A DNA stretch of 32,000 bases, taken from the NCBI RefSeq assembly GCF_000829315.1, contig NZ_AP013028.1, positions 1,218,061 through 1,250,060 on the forward strand, read 5' to 3'. The position numbers and the translations under genes are program-made. This DNA comes from Wolbachia endosymbiont of Cimex lectularius. GTDB lineage: Bacteria > Pseudomonadota > Alphaproteobacteria > Rickettsiales > Anaplasmataceae. Of this stretch, positions 29,613-32,000 are shown piece after piece (position 1 is the first letter of the stretch; each line of letters opens with the position of its first letter). The notes under the pieces are model-generated. The model did no database searches. It saw nothing but the letters and a program-made list of their open reading frames with translations, and had not been told where the DNA came from.

Positions 29613-29891
29613 TGTAAATGTAGTGGAGGTGATACGTTTGATGCAATTAAAAGTTATTTTGTAAGTTTTTTTAAAGAAAACAAAGCAAAAGATTATCTTG
29701 TGAGTCTTTTTAAAGGAAGTAGAGCAAAGCATAAAGGGGAAAAAGTTTTCCTTACAATAAATGGATTGTGTAGTTTATATCACAAGGTGTTTCATTTAAA
29801 GAATAGCGAGAAGGTAAAGAACTTCACAGTTGATAGAGTGCTACCTTTGCTTGAGTCTTTCAAGGATGATATCAATAATTTAGAGAATTGA
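29613..29891 (+). pseudogene. Short hypothetical ORF, possibly a 5'-degraded remnant
   Basis: Frame is open from 29613 ('GGDTFDAIKSYFVSFFKENKAKDYLVSLFKGSRAKHKGEKVF...') with no ATG before the GTG at 29700. Confidence 0.35.
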
Positions 29892-29901
29892 GAGCCCCGC
29901 T

Positions 29902-30759
29902 ATGATGAAACTCCTTTGCTCAACTCCAGAATACGAAGAATTGCATGAAGATTTGAAAGAATTAAGTGATCTTGCCAGAAAGTGTGACTACGTACCTGGT
30001 TCCGAAAGCTACAAAGAATTTTGCTCTCTAGTAAGTGAGGTAGTACAAGGTTTTAAGCTACCAAATTTAAAAGACAAGATAAAATTCTTAGGGCTTCTCA
30101 AAGTAACAAAAAACCTCACAGCTACACGTAAGGCTTATAATGATGATTGGTTTTTTTGTGATGTAATAAACGATAAAGATTTTTAAGAGTACGTAAATGA
30201 AGCAGTAGGTGAAGAGGATGGACCTACTAGTAAGGACTTGAAGAAAGATATAGATAAATGTAGAGGGTTGATAAGGCAAGGAGAGGATATTGCAAGTAAG
30301 TATTTTAGAAAGAAAGAAGTAATTTTTCAAGCTTACTGTGAAGAAACTGAAGATGATAATAAGATTTTGAATGTAAATCTTATTAATTATGATAAAAGCA
30401 AGCCAATTAGAATTAGTGATATTTTACGGCAAGAGGAAGATGTTGATAAATTGGATATCTATTGTAGGTGGAAACGTGAAGTACGCGCTTTTCGGGGTGA
30501 GAATAATGAGAGACACTATAGATTTGAAAAAGGTGCGCATTATGAGATGACAAGCACCTGGTCTGTAGAAGATGAGTCTGGGAACACCTCAACTTGTACC
30601 ATGGTTATGGATGTGAGCAATAATAGTATAACTAAAATAGTGAAATTTAATGGTGAAAATTTTGAATCGCCATCGAAAGAATTTTTGGAACTAAGAGGCA
30701 GAATGAGGAATTATACATTCAAGGTTCGTCCTTATGTGATGCAGTGGAGGAATTCTTAG
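29902..30759 (+). pseudogene. Hypothetical protein gene split by one in-frame TAA
   Basis: ORFs 29902-30186 and 30238-30759 are in the same frame. Only TAA 30184-30186 separates '...DVINDKDF' from 'EYVNEAVGEEDGPTSKDLKKDIDKCRGLIRQ...'. Confidence 0.6.
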
Positions 30760-31202
30760 AAATGCAGCGTAATAGAGAAGATATAATACGAAAAGGAGAG
30801 GATGGAAAGCATGACTCTTCATTGCCTGACGTTGTTGCTGGCAGTAGCTCTACTCCTTCTACTAACAACAATGCACCAGAGTCTACTGAAGAAGCTGCAA
30901 CTCACACAGGAGGTAATCCACTCCTAGATAATGACGAATTTTTTGATTGCACAGAAGATCTTAAGGGTGTTGTCGAAGGTGATAGGATTGACAGTCATGC
31001 TGCAGTTTCCCAGTTCCTACTACGCCTACTACCATGTCAAGGGAAAGGGACACATATCGTCTGCCTGGGTCCTAGCTGTGGCATATACCTTGAGCTAACA
31101 TGGTTAGAGCTTATACCAAACTCTCCATCTTATATTGAGGGTCAGATGCAACACCATATACTCTGTTTGGTGGGGCAATTTTGTTCTTTATGCCAAAGGT
31201 GA
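30744..31202 (+). CDS. Hypothetical acidic ORF; 3' part doubtful
   Basis: GTG-start ORF overlapping the preceding one by 16 bp. Its 3' end overlaps the opposite-strand glutamine-synthetase-like ORF. Confidence 0.35.
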   Translation: MEEFLEMQRNREDIIRKGEDGKHDSSLPDVVAGSSSTPSTNNNAPESTEEAATHTGGNPLLDNDEFFDCTEDLKGVVEGDRIDSHAAVSQFLLRLLPCQGKGTHIVCLGPSCGIYLELTWLELIPNSPSYIEGQMQHHILCLVGQFCSLCQR

Positions 31203-31839
31203 TACCTTCGGTTATTGCTGCAAGCACTTTTTCAAGGTTGCAGTCTGCTCCAGGGACGCGGTGTTCTAGGCGGCATTTATCGCCGGAATTGAGTATTCTT
31301 ATTGCAGCAGTTCTATTATTCACGCCCCAACTAACTGTGGTTGGGGTATGAATGTCTGGATATTGAAACCTGAGGTATGAATCATCATTTGGGGCAAAAA
31401 ATAACATGTGTTTTTTCATCATAGCGCATAATCCACCAATACTATGAATCAAGTAATCACTATACTTTTGTTCGCTACGGTAAAATAAGTTGCTGTTGTT
31501 TGAATCCACTAAATTGACATGCACGTTTAATGCACTGCCTGCTCTATCTAAGTAGGGTTTTGCTTTAAAGGAAGCATTCCCACCAAGTTTTTGTGCTGTT
31601 TCAGTAATTAATTCTTTTACTAATTCAAAATGCTCGATTAAGTTATTAGAATTGGTGTAACAACCACTTTTTATCTCATATTGATGTATGGAACTCTCTT
31701 TCTCGCAGAAAAATCCAAGTGAAGCTATTCTATTTTTAATATTACTAAGAAATAAATGCTCTTTTTCTATTTCTTCAATGTAAAATTCTAGCTCAATACC
31801 GAGTTTAGTATGACAACTTAAACCACTTAATATGATCAT
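31111..31839 (-). CDS. Glutamine synthetase-like catalytic domain, apparently truncated
   Basis: 'LGIELEFYIEE', 'DRAGSALNVHVNLVD', 'PTTVSWGVNNRTAAIRI', 'CRLEHRVPGADCNLEKVLAAI'. Only 242 aa. Confidence 0.75.
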   Translation of the reverse strand: MIILSGLSCHTKLGIELEFYIEEIEKEHLFLSNIKNRIASLGFFCEKESSIHQYEIKSGCYTNSNNLIEHFELVKELITETAQKLGGNASFKAKPYLDRAGSALNVHVNLVDSNNSNLFYRSEQKYSDYLIHSIGGLCAMMKKHMLFFAPNDDSYLRFQYPDIHTPTTVSWGVNNRTAAIRILNSGDKCRLEHRVPGADCNLEKVLAAITEGITFGIKNKIAPPNRVYGVASDPQYKMESLV

Positions 31840-32000
31840 AGATTTGCTTCAGTAAGTTTATATTAGGTTAGTTATATTTATATGAGCACTTTACTTTTTT
31901 GCCAATAAATTTAATATCTTATTTGTACATAATACATTATTATTTTTTTAGCACGCTGCTAATCCTTAACGCAAGCGAAGTTTTATTTGTTGAAAGAAAA

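Noticed and set aside
213-31202. Many small antisense ORFs (for example 213-455, 1810-2016, 2144-2425, 14239-14490, 24906-25109, 26255-26533)
   Set aside because: They lie fully inside well-supported genes on the other strand and show no recognisable motifs or independent starts. They are normal by-products of long coding frames.

Overview
This 32-kb window reads as a Wolbachia-type (Anaplasmataceae) chromosome. The genus call rests on protein character and on the short palindromic repeats ending in '...ctgggatgac'. It is an inference, not a database result. Recognisable genes are miaB (5'-truncated by the window), ileS, alaS (-), dnaE, rpsF-rpsR-rplI, nuoG-nuoH (-), purA and a short glutamine-synthetase-like ORF (-). 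Accessory or unusual content: (1) palindromic repeats carried in frame inside ileS (two sites), alaS and dnaE; (2) an IS5-family element with an A8 frameshift site, fused to a 201-bp inverted copy of its own left end and inserted in a multiply broken gene; (3) a diverged inverted repeat of about 0.65 kb (12704-13375 / 27159-27780) that brackets a 13.8-kb block running from dnaE to nuoG; (4) a ribosomal S6 gene with an internal insertion of roughly 140 aa; (5) several lineage-specific candidate surface or effector proteins; (6) two loci where adjacent ORFs share a frame and are separated by one stop codon. I found no CRISPR array, no phage structural module and no recognisable cif/toxin-antidote operon.
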